A DNA stretch of 64,000 nucleotides from Candidatus Omnitrophota bacterium (GTDB taxonomy: Bacteria; Omnitrophota; Gorgyraeia; Zapsychrales; Zapsychraceae): assembly GCA_016931055.1 (NCBI GenBank), contig JAFGFL010000055.1, positions 5,773 through 69,772 on the forward strand, given 5' to 3'. Below the pieces are notes generated by a model. It had not been told where the DNA came from, did no database searches, and was given only the letters and a program-made list of their open reading frames with translations. How positions within the stretch are numbered: position 1 is the first letter of the stretch; every line of letters starts with the position of its first letter. The translations under genes and the position numbers were made by a program. Shown one piece after another: positions 9,024 through 18,528 of this stretch.

Positions 9024-9674
9024 TTATCCTGTCACAACGACCTGTTCCATATGGTTTTTGAACTGCTGAACCGTTTTGCCAACATCCGCCGCTTCGCATA
9101 TTGCCCGGCAAACGGCAATACGGTTCACTCCGATGTTTTTAAGCTGAATGACATTCTTAAGATCGATGCCCCCAATAGCAAAAACAGGGATTTCGATATC
9201 TTTAAAAACTTTCTTTAAAAGTTCGAGTTCTAACGGCTGCCGGTCGGGTTTGGTCAATGTTTTGAAAACAGATCCAAATCCTATATAATCCGCGCCTTCT
9301 TTTTGCGCTTTTTGCGCCTGATCATATGTTTGACATGAAGCCCCGATTACGGCCGCCTCCCTCATCATCTTTCGCGCCTGCATGATGGGAACATCGTCCT
9401 GCCCAAGATGGACCCCCGATGAACCGCTCACCACCGCAAGGTCAACACGGTCATTGATGATGTACGGAATCCTCCCTTTGATCACCTTTAAGATGTTTTT
9501 CGAGAAATCCAAGATGTCTTTGGCCGATCCGTTCTTATCGCGCAACTGAATTATATCGACGCCCGAAGCAACGGCTTTCCCGGCAATTTCAAAGAGCTCT
9601 TCATACGAATTCACGTCCCGGTCCAGAATCAAATACAGCTTAGCAGCGTTCAATAACATCTTTTTCGAGAGCAT
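9024..9674 (-). CDS. thiE: Thiamine-phosphate synthase
   Basis: 216 aa. LYLILD...IIQLRDK...INDRVDLA...GVHLGQDD...GAS...ADYIGFG.VF.T.TK...GGI is the ThiE TIM-barrel pattern. Confidence 0.9.
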   Translation of the reverse strand: MLSKKMLLNAAKLYLILDRDVNSYEELFEIAGKAVASGVDIIQLRDKNGSAKDILDFSKNILKVIKGRIPYIINDRVDLAVVSGSSGVHLGQDDVPIMQARKMMREAAVIGASCQTYDQAQKAQKEGADYIGFGSVFKTLTKPDRQPLELELLKKVFKDIEIPVFAIGGIDLKNVIQLKNIGVNRIAVCRAICEAADVGKTVQQFKNHMEQVVVTG

Positions 9675-10056
9675 AAACCTTGTAACGAAGCCTTTTTAAC
9701 CCTTCAGCATGCTTTTTATCGCGCAACTTCGCGAATTCCTCCAAAACACGGATGGACTCCTTCGCCCTTTGGGAATTCGCATAAAAAATATCCTTGATGC
9801 TTTTACGCTTCAATTCCGCTGGCGCCGATTTGCGCCCGACATCCATTTCAATCCCCCGGGAGAGGATCATCTCAAGGCCCGTAAAACCGGAAACCACCTC
9901 CGTTAACCGGTGCCGAACCGTTTTATAGCCGCGCGTCAGATTTTCGGCGTCAAGAACAAACCGGCAGACGTCTTCACAAACCCTTAATCCTTCTTTCGCT
10001 CGGTTAAAATTCGCGTCGATGACGCGGTCCAATTGCTTGTCGTCCCGTTTACGCAC
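9640..10056 (-). CDS. ThiD2-like domain protein (the domain usually fused to the N-terminus of ThiE)
   Basis: RVIDANFNRAKEGLRVCEDVCRFVLD...VRHRL...ANSQRAKESIRVLEEFAKL...LRYKVYALE matches the conserved N-terminal extension of long ThiE proteins. Assigned from memory of the family. Confidence 0.55.
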   Translation of the reverse strand: MRKRDDKQLDRVIDANFNRAKEGLRVCEDVCRFVLDAENLTRGYKTVRHRLTEVVSGFTGLEMILSRGIEMDVGRKSAPAELKRKSIKDIFYANSQRAKESIRVLEEFAKLRDKKHAEGLKRLRYKVYALEKDVIERC

Positions 10057-10531
10057 TTTTCAGAATACGGTTGATAATCCCGGTTGACGAACATCCCTTA
10101 ACATATTTTATGAATTTGACTCGGCCGCCGTAGCTTCGAACGCATTCGCTCCCGACAGCCCCTTTTCCCTTCCAATCTGCACCCTTAATTAAAACATCAG
10201 GTTTAACGGCCTCTATCAGCTTAAGAGGCGTTTGATCATGAAACAGCACAACATAATCCACACATGTTAAAGCCGCTAGAACCTCCGCCCTCGATCGCTC
10301 ATCAACAATAGGACGCTTGGGTCCTTTAATCTTTCTGATCGAGCGATCGCTGTTCAGCCCGACAACAAGAACGTCCGCCGTCCTTTTCGCCTCCTTTAGA
10401 TAACGCACATGTCCTAAGTGAAGAATATCAAAACATCCGTTTGTAAAAGCGACTTTGAGATTCTTTCTGCGCAACGCGCGAATCTTTTTCTTAAGTGTCG
10501 GAATCTTGACGATCTTTACGTGCGTATTCAT
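10049..10531 (-). CDS. hldC: D-glycero-beta-D-manno-heptose 1-phosphate adenylyltransferase (RfaE domain II type)
   Basis: 160 aa cytidylyltransferase fold. FTNGCFDILHLGHVRYL...VVGLNSD.S....KG..RPI......R...L......VDYVV.F. Confidence 0.8.
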   Translation of the reverse strand: MNTHVKIVKIPTLKKKIRALRRKNLKVAFTNGCFDILHLGHVRYLKEAKRTADVLVVGLNSDRSIRKIKGPKRPIVDERSRAEVLAALTCVDYVVLFHDQTPLKLIEAVKPDVLIKGADWKGKGAVGSECVRSYGGRVKFIKYVKGCSSTGIINRILKSA

Positions 10532-11097
10532 TTGAAGAATTGATCCTCAACCAGTTCGCAAATCGCATGCGCCATGCAGATATGCGATTCCTGAATCCGC
10601 GCCGTTACTTTCGACGGAACAATCAGGCTTATATCGGTCAACTTGGCAAGTTTTCCCCCGCCGCAACCAGTGAACGACACCGTTTTCAACCCCATTCGTT
10701 TAGCCGTTTTTATGCCTTTGACCACATTTTCCGAATTCCCGCTTGTCGAGATCCCCACGGCAAGATCTCCCTTTTGGCCCAATCCTTCCATTTGACGGGC
10801 AAAAATGATGTCGATGCCGTAATCATTGCCTAATGCCGTCAGAATCGATGTGTCCGTCGTTAAGGAAACCGCTGCCAGGGCTTTCCTTTCTTTCTGGAAC
10901 CGTCCGATCAACTCCGCCGCAATATGCTGGCTGTCAGCGGCCGAACCCCCATTCCCAAAAAGAATGATTTTTCGTTTTTTTTTCAAAACGCTTGTCATCA
11001 CTTTAACAACGGCGACGATTTTATCTTTATTCGCGGCAAGAGTATCCTGCTTAACCTGAATGGATTCCCTAAAAATTTTTTCAATAAATTTTTTCAT
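10528..11097 (-). CDS. gmhA: Phosphoheptose isomerase (SIS domain)
   Basis: 189 aa. FGNGGSAADSQHIAAEL...L..D.S..TA..ND......F..Q......GD...GISTSGNS.N are GmhA signatures. Start/stop overlap with hldC. Confidence 0.88.
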   Translation of the reverse strand: MKKFIEKIFRESIQVKQDTLAANKDKIVAVVKVMTSVLKKKRKIILFGNGGSAADSQHIAAELIGRFQKERKALAAVSLTTDTSILTALGNDYGIDIIFARQMEGLGQKGDLAVGISTSGNSENVVKGIKTAKRMGLKTVSFTGCGGGKLAKLTDISLIVPSKVTARIQESHICMAHAICELVEDQFFK

Positions 11098-11109
11098 GCC
11101 TTTTGTCCC

Positions 11110-12138
11110 TTATGTATAAAACACTTTTGCAATTTCCATGAGATCAGCATCAATCATTTTGCGCTGACTGACCGCATCCCTAATTTCCACATAAGAGATC
11201 TTGCTGTTCTTTAGGCTGACCATCATCCCGAATTTGTTCTCCCTGACCAGCTCAACAGCCTTGAAACCAAACCGAGTCCCGATAATCCGATCATAAGCGG
11301 TTGGGACCCCGCCGCGCTGGATATGACCTAGAACGCTGACGCGGGTCTCATAGCTCGTATTTTCCTCGATAAGATCAGCAAGGATTTCGGCAATTCTTCC
11401 GATATGATGGCGGCCCCTTCTGAACATCCTATCCATATCTTCTTTCTGGTAGCCTTCGATCTTGGCCCCTTCAGCGACAACAATGATGCTGAAACTCTTT
11501 CCCCGTTTATGACGGGCTTTCAAAGAGGCACAGACTTTATTAATCTCAATCGGATACTCCGGTATAAGAATATAATGCGCCCCCCCAGCGATACCTGCTT
11601 CGAGCGCGTTCCATCCCGTGTGTAATCCCATGACTTCTACGACGATAATGCGATGATGACTTTCCGCCGTCGTGTGAAGACGGTCGATACATTCGGTGGC
11701 CACATTGACCGCCGTATCAAAACCGAACGTATAATCGGTCCCTGAAAGTGAATTGTCGATGGATTTCGGCACCCCGACAATAGGCAACGCATGCTCATCC
11801 AATAGTTGAAGCGCAATCTTTAACGTATCCTCTCCGCCAACAGCAATTAGGGCATCCATTCCGCTGCGCTTGAAATTCTCGGCAATAAGTTTGATCCTTC
11901 GTTTTTCCAGAGGCGGAATGATACGGCTTGTTCCTAAAATCGTTCCTCCACGGGCCAGAATGCCGGACGTTAAACGGTAATCAAGGATCCTCATATCGTT
12001 ATCGACAAGCCCATTCCAGCCATTCTTGATCCCCGTGACCACAAACCCCTCATCAATCGATTTCCTGACCACGGCCCGGATGACCGAGTTAAGACCGGGA
12101 CAATCAGCGCCACCTGTTAAGATTCCTATTTTTCTCAT
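11110..12138 (-). CDS. pfk: 6-phosphofructokinase (residue pattern suggests PPi-dependent or mixed type)
   Basis: MRKIGILTGGADCPGLN..., GGEDT, PKSIDNSL, MGLHTG. The start was moved to the ATG at 12138, which is preceded by AGGAGA. The track start at 12165 adds 9 non-homologous residues. Confidence 0.88.
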   Translation of the reverse strand: MRKIGILTGGADCPGLNSVIRAVVRKSIDEGFVVTGIKNGWNGLVDNDMRILDYRLTSGILARGGTILGTSRIIPPLEKRRIKLIAENFKRSGMDALIAVGGEDTLKIALQLLDEHALPIVGVPKSIDNSLSGTDYTFGFDTAVNVATECIDRLHTTAESHHRIIVVEVMGLHTGWNALEAGIAGGAHYILIPEYPIEINKVCASLKARHKRGKSFSIIVVAEGAKIEGYQKEDMDRMFRRGRHHIGRIAEILADLIEENTSYETRVSVLGHIQRGGVPTAYDRIIGTRFGFKAVELVRENKFGMMVSLKNSKISYVEIRDAVSQRKMIDADLMEIAKVFYT

Positions 12139-12234
12139 TTTTTTCTCCTGTTCGAGAAAACACAACCTATAAAAAAACTATCTAAAAATCCTCGCTAACT
12201 GTTCCTCCTTGATCAGGTAACCTCAACCATTTTA

Positions 12235-12876
12235 TTACGCCCGATATCCCTGAAAGGGTATATTTTGCTGATCCTTCTGGAGATCCTCTTTCTTAATCGG
12301 TTCCTTTTCCCTTCCTTGATCAGGAAGGATCTTCCCAACAAAGATAGCAACCTCAATAGGTTCATCCAGGCCGATCGTGCTTTGGACCTTTCTCTTAACC
12401 AATTCCTGCACACGCGACGTTACCTCCGGGATGCTGCCTTCCGCACGCAAGATAAGTTTGATTCTGATCAGCAATCCCTTTTTGGAAGCGGATATCTTGG
12501 ATTTGACCTCCCTGACTTCAGCGATTCGGCCGATCACGCGTTTCGTCAAATCCTCGATCGCGCCCAAGGAAACACTGACGCGCCCCGCAGGGTTATCAAA
12601 CGCGATTGTTTTTTCCGCACGGGAACTTCCCGTGAAGGCCCGGTAAAAAACATAGTTTAAGAACAATAACGCACAGGCACCAATGGCGAAGGTCATTCGC
12701 AACGCTTCGTCAGAGTACATAACCGTGACCATATTGATAAGGGGCTGGACATCGATATAGTTAAGGACAAGCAATAAGACAAAGCAGCTGATAAACATGA
12801 TCAAGGTCACATAAAACAAAATGGCTATTCTTGTTAAAAATTTCACATTGCCTCCCGTCATTTTTCGTTCCGCCAT
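12235..12876 (-). CDS. Alkaline-shock-response membrane anchor protein (AmaP-like)
   Basis: Two N-terminal TM helices followed by an Asp23-like soluble region (VSVSLGAIEDLTKRV...). Lies immediately downstream of an Asp23 gene. Confidence 0.6.
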   Translation of the reverse strand: MAERKMTGGNVKFLTRIAILFYVTLIMFISCFVLLLVLNYIDVQPLINMVTVMYSDEALRMTFAIGACALLFLNYVFYRAFTGSSRAEKTIAFDNPAGRVSVSLGAIEDLTKRVIGRIAEVREVKSKISASKKGLLIRIKLILRAEGSIPEVTSRVQELVKRKVQSTIGLDEPIEVAIFVGKILPDQGREKEPIKKEDLQKDQQNIPFQGYRA

Positions 12877-12911
12877 GATTCATGGCGGAACGAGGCTCGC
12901 ACCCCATCAAG

Positions 12912-13274
12912 TTATGGCGTGGGTGCGGCCTTTTCTATGCCCTGCACATTCACATTTATATCCCTCAAATTGATATCCAACGTCTTATCAATTGCCGACT
13001 TAATGGTCTCTTGCACCTGCCTGGCCGCGTCTGGAATGTTCATCCCGTAACGGACAAGGATTTGCACCTCAAGGGTCACCTCATGATTATCGTCAACCCT
13101 GATATCAATCCCAGGGAATTCTTTCTGCCCAAAGATCCCGGCCAATTTATTGCCCAGATTTTCCTGTATTAAATGGACCCCCTCAACTTCATCGAGAGCC
13201 GATGCGATAATCTCCGCAAAGACTTTTTTATGCACTTGCACCGAACCAAGATCGATTTTATCTTCTCTCCTCAT
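12912..13274 (-). CDS. Asp23/Gls24 family envelope stress protein
   Basis: 120 aa. LGSVQVHKKVFAEIIASALDEVEGV...V.V......V.L.V.I.V.YG..IP.....VQ..I is the Asp23 family pattern. Confidence 0.85.
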   Translation of the reverse strand: MRREDKIDLGSVQVHKKVFAEIIASALDEVEGVHLIQENLGNKLAGIFGQKEFPGIDIRVDDNHEVTLEVQILVRYGMNIPDAARQVQETIKSAIDKTLDINLRDINVNVQGIEKAAPTP

Positions 13275-13276
13275 CG

Positions 13277-14632
13277 TCAGACCTCCGAATCGCTTCTTAT
13301 CATTTTATCCAGAAAATGGGTAGTGACCTTCCCCTTCAAAAAGCGAGGGTCATTGAGAATCTCGATATGCAGCCCGATCGTCGTTTTGATCGGGCTAATA
13401 TAAAATTCCTCCAAGGCCCTATTCATCCGATAGATCGCTTCTTTCCGGTCGCTTCCGTGAACAATCAGTTTGGCCACCAAAGAATCATAATAGGGGCTAA
13501 TCTCATAGCCCTGGTAAATATGCGTATCAACTCTTACGCCGAAGCCTCCTGGAATGTGAAGCTCTTCGATCACCCCTGGGGACGGCATGAAATTATTTTT
13601 CGGGTCTTCGGCATTGATACGGCATTCAATAGCCGCTCCGCGGATATGGACATCCTCCTGCTTGATATCCAGTTTTTCTCCGGCAGCGATCCTGATCTGC
13701 TGTTTAATAATGTCAATATCCGTTACCATCTCCGTGACCGGATGTTCAACCTGGATCCGCGTGTTCATTTCCATAAAATAAAATTCGCCGCTCCCATCAA
13801 GCAGGAACTCAACAGTTCCCGCACCTTTATAATCGACGGCCTTTGCAGCCTTTACAGCTGCCTCTCCCATTTTCTTTCTTAATCCCTCATCAAGAGCCGG
13901 AGAAGGAGATTCTTCAAGGAGCTTCTGATGCCGCCTTTGGATGCTGCAATCCCGCTCACCTAAATGGATAATATTCCCAAACCGATCACCCATAATCTGG
14001 AACTCAATGTGTCGGGGACGGTCAATATACTTTTCGATGTAGACATCTGAATTACCGAAATTCGCTTCGGCCTCACTTTGAGCGATTGTAAAGGAGCTGA
14101 CCAATGTTATATCATTATGGCAGACGCGCATGCCTTTACCGCCCCCGCCGGCGGCGGCTTTAATAATAACAGGATACTTGATTTCCTTAGCGATCTTCAG
14201 AGCCTCGTCTTTGCTCTCAATGATGCCAAGGCCTCCCACCATCACTGGAATCTTTGTTTTTACCATTGTCTCTTTCGCGGCAATCTTATCACCCATGGCC
14301 CGGATCGTGTGAGCGCTGGGCCCGATAAACGTAATGTTGCACGATTCACATATCTCCGCAAAATGCGCATTTTCCGCTAAAAAACCGTAACCGGGATGGA
14401 TGGCCTCAACATCAGTAACTTCAGCAGCCGAGATGATGGCAGGGATATTCAGGTAACTATCCTGACTTTGCGCGGGACCGATACAGACCGACTCATCAGC
14501 GAACCGCACATGGAGGGACTCCCGGTCTGCTTCGGAATAGACGGCAACCGTCTGGATCCCAAGTTCCCGGCAGGCCCGTATGACTCTTAATGCAATTTCA
14601 CCACGATTCGCGATAAGGATCTTTGAAAACAT
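13277..14632 (-). CDS. accC: Acetyl-CoA carboxylase, biotin carboxylase subunit
   Basis: 451 aa. [26 protein letters not shown]..., [22 protein letters not shown]. Confidence 0.97.
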   Translation of the reverse strand: MFSKILIANRGEIALRVIRACRELGIQTVAVYSEADRESLHVRFADESVCIGPAQSQDSYLNIPAIISAAEVTDVEAIHPGYGFLAENAHFAEICESCNITFIGPSAHTIRAMGDKIAAKETMVKTKIPVMVGGLGIIESKDEALKIAKEIKYPVIIKAAAGGGGKGMRVCHNDITLVSSFTIAQSEAEANFGNSDVYIEKYIDRPRHIEFQIMGDRFGNIIHLGERDCSIQRRHQKLLEESPSPALDEGLRKKMGEAAVKAAKAVDYKGAGTVEFLLDGSGEFYFMEMNTRIQVEHPVTEMVTDIDIIKQQIRIAAGEKLDIKQEDVHIRGAAIECRINAEDPKNNFMPSPGVIEELHIPGGFGVRVDTHIYQGYEISPYYDSLVAKLIVHGSDRKEAIYRMNRALEEFYISPIKTTIGLHIEILNDPRFLKGKVTTHFLDKMIRSDSEV

Positions 14633-14654
14633 AGAACTCGATCAACTAAAAAAA

Positions 14655-15107
14655 CTACAGCGGTTCGACGGTAAACAACGCCTGTCCGAATTCGACAGGC
14701 TGCGCGTTTTCGACTGGGGCATCAACGATCTTGCCCCTGATTTCCGACTTTATTTCATTCATTAACTTCATCGCTTCAATGATACAAACCACTTGCCCTA
14801 CCTCAATCACTTGGCCGATTTCCACAAAGGGCGCGGCTTCCGGCGAAGGAGATCGATAGAACGTACCGACCATGGGGGACTTAATTTCTTTTCGGTTGGA
14901 GTTATCAGCCTTGGGGACTTCTTCAGCGATCGTTGTCAAACGATGGGCCTCGATGGGATGCCCAGGAGGAAATTTGCGGATGGACTCAATGATTTCCGCC
15001 GAACCTTTTCGGATCTTAATCTTGGTCCCCTCACGCTCGATTTCGATCTCCGCGAGATCGTTTTCGTTCATGAGGGTGATCATTTCCCGGATTTCTTTTA
15101 AATTCAT
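14655..15107 (-). CDS. accB: Biotin carboxyl carrier protein of acetyl-CoA carboxylase
   Basis: 150 aa. C-terminal biotinyl domain with the CIIEAMKLMNEI (AMKM-type) biotinylation motif. Confidence 0.95.
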   Translation of the reverse strand: MNLKEIREMITLMNENDLAEIEIEREGTKIKIRKGSAEIIESIRKFPPGHPIEAHRLTTIAEEVPKADNSNRKEIKSPMVGTFYRSPSPEAAPFVEIGQVIEVGQVVCIIEAMKLMNEIKSEIRGKIVDAPVENAQPVEFGQALFTVEPL

Positions 15108-15109
15108 TG

Positions 15110-15670
15110 TTATACCCTTTCGACATAGGTTCCAGTTCTCGTATCAATTTTCACGCGATCCCCAATATTGACAAACAACGGCACCTGAACGATCGCGCCT
15201 GTATCAATCGTGGCAGGTTTCGTCCCAGCTCTGGACGAATCGCCTTTATAACCTGGTTCTGTCTGGGTAATTTCCGCAAGAATGAACGTCGGCAAGACAA
15301 TCTTGAGGACCTCATCACCGTCGCAAATGCCCGTGACTTCGAGATGATCCTGGAGGAATCGGATAGAGTCGCCCAGCATGTCCTGTGAGATAATTATTTC
15401 TTCGTAACTGACACAGTCCATAAAATGGAAATTATCGCCGCTACGATAGAGGTTTTGCAGCTTCCGTTCTTCCAGCGCAACATCATCGAGCTTATCGGCT
15501 GTCTTGAACGTCCTCTCCAGGACCTGCTGCGTCTTGATATTTCTCAGTTTGACCCGAACAAACGCGCTTCCCTTGCCCGGTTTCACATGACTGTATTCTG
15601 ATACCAGGAAGATCTCGCCATCAATCCGAAGACCCGTCCCGGCTGAAATTTGATTAATGGATATCGTCAC
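15110..15670 (-). CDS. efp: Translation elongation factor P
   Basis: 186 aa. HVKPGKGSAFVRVKLRN with a three-domain EF-P pattern and a Lys-type modification loop (PGKG). Confidence 0.95.
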   Translation of the reverse strand: MTISINQISAGTGLRIDGEIFLVSEYSHVKPGKGSAFVRVKLRNIKTQQVLERTFKTADKLDDVALEERKLQNLYRSGDNFHFMDCVSYEEIIISQDMLGDSIRFLQDHLEVTGICDGDEVLKIVLPTFILAEITQTEPGYKGDSSRAGTKPATIDTGAIVQVPLFVNIGDRVKIDTRTGTYVERV

Positions 15671-16712
15671 TTAGGATTTCACAATCGTTTTTTCCGACTA
15701 GCACCATATCTTCAAGACGGACACCAAATCTTCCGGGAAGATATACTGCCGGCTCGACAGTGATCACCATTCCCTCTTTCAGAACAGTCGAATCATTATG
15801 CGCCAGTCGGGGGCTCTCATGGACCTCGAGCCCTACCCCATGCCCTAAGGCATGGCCGAAATATTTTTCTAACTTTTGCTTTTCTAGATAGTTACGTGCT
15901 GAATAATCGATCTCAGCCGCCGCGACACCGGCCCTGATTTCGGCAATCGCACACCTTCGCGCTTCGTTAACAGCATCAAAAACCTGTCTGACAAGTGCGG
16001 GTATTTTACCTAAAAAGAACATACGTGTCAAGTCGGACTTATAGCCTTCCACGTCGATGCCCATGTCAATCAAAAGCGGTTCATTGTTACGAATCCTGCG
16101 TTCCGTAACCTTTGCGTGAGGATAGCAGGAATTCGGTCCCGAGGCAATGATCGGGTCAAAAGCGAAGCTCGCGTTCTTAGATTTGACAAAGCGCTCAAGC
16201 TGAAATAACAATTCATTTTCTTTAATATTAGGTCTTATATTTCTTTTTATGAACTGATGCGCCAATTTATGAACCCCAAGCGCGTTCCTGATTTTCTGGA
16301 TTTCTTTCCTGTCTTTAACCGCCCTCAATTCCTCGACCAGGTTATCCGCTTTGACCAATCGAACTCCTTTAGGACAGTTTCGCCGCAGCATCCGATATTG
16401 AAATAATGTCAGGTTTCGTGTGTCGATGCCAATCCGTTTTACCCCCCCTTTTTCTATCTCTTCAGCAAGGGTTTTAACCATGGACTCCTTGGTGCACTTG
16501 ACATCGATCCCCTTAAGCCCTTCCCGTGCTTCCTGGACAAAGCGCGAGTCCGTAATGTAGCTCGTGCGGCTTAGCGTGACCAATAGCCATGATTCGCAAG
16601 CGCAAAAACCAGTCAGATAGGTGATGTTGACGTCTTTTGTAACAAGAAAGGCGTCAATCTTCCGTTGGCGGAAAGCAGCCGCAAGTTGTTTGATCCTTGT
16701 GCTCATGATCAA
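15654..16712 (-). CDS. pepP: M24 family Xaa-Pro aminopeptidase
   Basis: 352 aa. Creatinase-like N-domain plus M24 core (D.G....Y.SD.TR, HG.GHG.GLEVHE, E...TVEPA.Y). Confidence 0.85.
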   Translation of the reverse strand: MIMSTRIKQLAAAFRQRKIDAFLVTKDVNITYLTGFCACESWLLVTLSRTSYITDSRFVQEAREGLKGIDVKCTKESMVKTLAEEIEKGGVKRIGIDTRNLTLFQYRMLRRNCPKGVRLVKADNLVEELRAVKDRKEIQKIRNALGVHKLAHQFIKRNIRPNIKENELLFQLERFVKSKNASFAFDPIIASGPNSCYPHAKVTERRIRNNEPLLIDMGIDVEGYKSDLTRMFFLGKIPALVRQVFDAVNEARRCAIAEIRAGVAAAEIDYSARNYLEKQKLEKYFGHALGHGVGLEVHESPRLAHNDSTVLKEGMVITVEPAVYLPGRFGVRLEDMVLVGKNDCEILSDDIH

Positions 16713-17311
16713 TGGAAATGTTCCTTAACCTTAGGTCTCGTAAAATAATAAAGCGCCGATCCGCAGAAGACGATATCAACGGTGCAGTTGAATATCAGCG
16801 TGATCCAGCAGTGCAAGGGATAAGTTAACGGCCCGGCAACTTCTTTATGAAAAAACAGCTGTTCCGTATGTCTGGAGATATTCTCAAAAACAAATAACGG
16901 ATGCTTCCAGTAAATAAAGCAAAGGGTCAAGACGCATAACGCAATAAAAAGCTTTCGAAAAAGATCGTTAAGCAACAAGACCCCCGTCGCGATCACCAAG
17001 CCTGCCAGACGCAAGGCCACTGATCCGCAATAACGCATAATGATCATCTGATCGGGAAGCGGTTGAAACATGAACCGGTAATAATCAAAATTTAAAAAGC
17101 CCCACAGTTTATAGATGGATCCTATCGTAAGAAGAATAGCGAACAGAAGGACTCCCGTGGGCCTCGTTTTTCTGTCGGCAGCCCCCAATAAAACGGCGTA
17201 CAAGATAACCGCCGCGCTTATGAACATCATCGTTGCCAGACGAGAGAAGATACTTGCCCAAACAGAAAGACTAACGTCTAAATCATGTGCCATTGGCCTT
17301 TCGCCTTTCAA
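16709..17311 (-). CDS. Hypothetical polytopic membrane protein
   Basis: 200 aa with about 5 hydrophobic helices and no motif I recognise. Coding is supported only by ORF length, operon context (4-nt overlap with pepP) and hydrophobic periodicity. Confidence 0.5.
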   Translation of the reverse strand: MKGERPMAHDLDVSLSVWASIFSRLATMMFISAAVILYAVLLGAADRKTRPTGVLLFAILLTIGSIYKLWGFLNFDYYRFMFQPLPDQMIIMRYCGSVALRLAGLVIATGVLLLNDLFRKLFIALCVLTLCFIYWKHPLFVFENISRHTEQLFFHKEVAGPLTYPLHCWITLIFNCTVDIVFCGSALYYFTRPKVKEHFH

Positions 17312-17333
17312 CCTTGGTAGGAAACGAGAAGGT

Positions 17334-17792
17334 TTACCGTTTGATCAGATCAATCGTCCCTTGCAATCCGAGCAAATAACTCCCCACGCCGAATCCGCTG
17401 ATCTGCCCGCGGCAAACGGGGGCAATGAGAGAAGTGCGGCGGAAATCCTCCCTCGAATAAATATTAGATAAATGCACTTCTATGGCGGGAATTTCCACGG
17501 CTGCAATCGCATCCCGAATAGCAACGCTGGTATGCGTGTACGCAGCCGGATTAATAAGAATAGCGCTGATGTGATTGGCTTTAGCGCCTCCGATCGCATC
17601 AACGATCTCCCCTTCATGATTCGATTGAAGGATCTCAAGCGTCACATTGTGTTTTTTGGCAAGTTCCGTCAACATACCGTTAATCTTATCTAACGAGGTC
17701 TGCCCGTAAATATCTTTTTCACGCTGGCCCAAAAGATTCAGGTTCGGCCCATGGATCACTAATATCTTGCTCACACTCACCTCCGCGCTCAT
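17334..17792 (-). CDS. aroQ: Type II 3-dehydroquinate dehydratase
   Basis: [16 protein letters not shown]...[22 protein letters not shown]. The start was trimmed to the ATG at 17792 so that it no longer overlaps the Trm112 gene. Confidence 0.93.
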   Translation of the reverse strand: MSAEVSVSKILVIHGPNLNLLGQREKDIYGQTSLDKINGMLTELAKKHNVTLEILQSNHEGEIVDAIGGAKANHISAILINPAAYTHTSVAIRDAIAAVEIPAIEVHLSNIYSREDFRRTSLIAPVCRGQISGFGVGSYLLGLQGTIDLIKR

Positions 17793-17808
17793 CTTTAATG
17801 TTCTTAAT

Positions 17809-17967
17809 TTATTCCTTTTGCGCTTCATCCACTAACATGATGGGAATACCGCTCTTGATCGGATACTTCCGCCCGCATTGCGCGCAGACGATTTTTTCGT
17901 CCCGCAACCGGACATCGCCTTTGCAGGCTGGACACGCCAATATTTCCAAGAGTTCTTTATCAATCAT
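17809..17967 (-). CDS. Trm112/UPF0434 family zinc-ribbon protein
   Basis: [49 protein letters not shown]. The start was trimmed to the ATG at 17967; the track version overlaps the upstream gene. Confidence 0.85.
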   Translation of the reverse strand: MIDKELLEILACPACKGDVRLRDEKIVCAQCGRKYPIKSGIPIMLVDEAQKE

Positions 17968-17980
17968 GGTTTTTTGCCCC

Positions 17981-18418
17981 TTAATTGGGTTCTTCTTTCT
18001 CAACAAGCTGGACATAACGCATCTGAAGCTCATAGATCGAGTTTTCCAGCAAATCCCTTTCCTGATCATTTAAATTCCCAGCGGTTTTTTCCTTGAGCAT
18101 CGCTAACGTATCTATAAGGAATTTGGCCTGTGTCATATTCTTCTCACGTTCATCCGTCACCGGATTAGGGATTTCTCCCATGAAGATCATTGCCTGGAAA
18201 CCCAAACTTGTTATATAGTTGAGAAAATTAACTTCAATCTCATGAGTCTCCTCGCGACGATGCTCCGTTTTATCTGACCTGGCGGAAGACCGCGTTTCGA
18301 CCTTTGCTTGTGGTGTTTCGGAAGACGAGGACTTAGGCGCCACCGTATCAGCAAGCTTGTCCTTTTCTTCGGAAGCATGTTCTTTCCATGATTCATCAAC
18401 ATATTTCTCTTTACTCAT
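17981..18418 (-). CDS. DUF1844 domain protein
   Basis: Conserved core FLNYITSLGFQAMIFMGEIPNPVTDE...AKFLIDTLAMLKEKTAGNL...E..LL...I.ELQM.Y. Confidence 0.75.
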   Translation of the reverse strand: MSKEKYVDESWKEHASEEKDKLADTVAPKSSSSETPQAKVETRSSARSDKTEHRREETHEIEVNFLNYITSLGFQAMIFMGEIPNPVTDEREKNMTQAKFLIDTLAMLKEKTAGNLNDQERDLLENSIYELQMRYVQLVEKEEPN

Positions 18419-18472
18419 TCTTTTCCTCGTATAAATATTAATATATATCTTAAGAAACTGATATTGCAGTTC

Positions 18473-18501
18473 AGAATATCACCTTCCCCCCTTTTTGTCA
18501 A
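18473..18501 (-). promoter_or_regulatory. Candidate sigma70-type promoter for the DUF1844-Trm112-aroQ... transcription unit
   Basis: Minus strand TTGACA (18501-18496), a 17-nt spacer ending in TGA, then TATTCT (18478-18473). About 55 nt upstream of the ATG at 18418, in a 110-nt gap. Confidence 0.45.
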
Positions 18502-18528
18502 CGAGGGAAGGACTGCGATATTCCCATT

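Noticed and set aside
12139-12234. The 96-nt gap upstream of pfk and the overlapping minus-strand track ORF 12213..12413 (66 aa), examined for regulatory structure or a small gene.
   Set aside because: The ORF lies in an alternative frame across the 3' end of the AmaP-like gene and is Arg-rich shadow sequence. I could see no strong hairpin or consensus promoter in the gap beyond the pfk Shine-Dalgarno.
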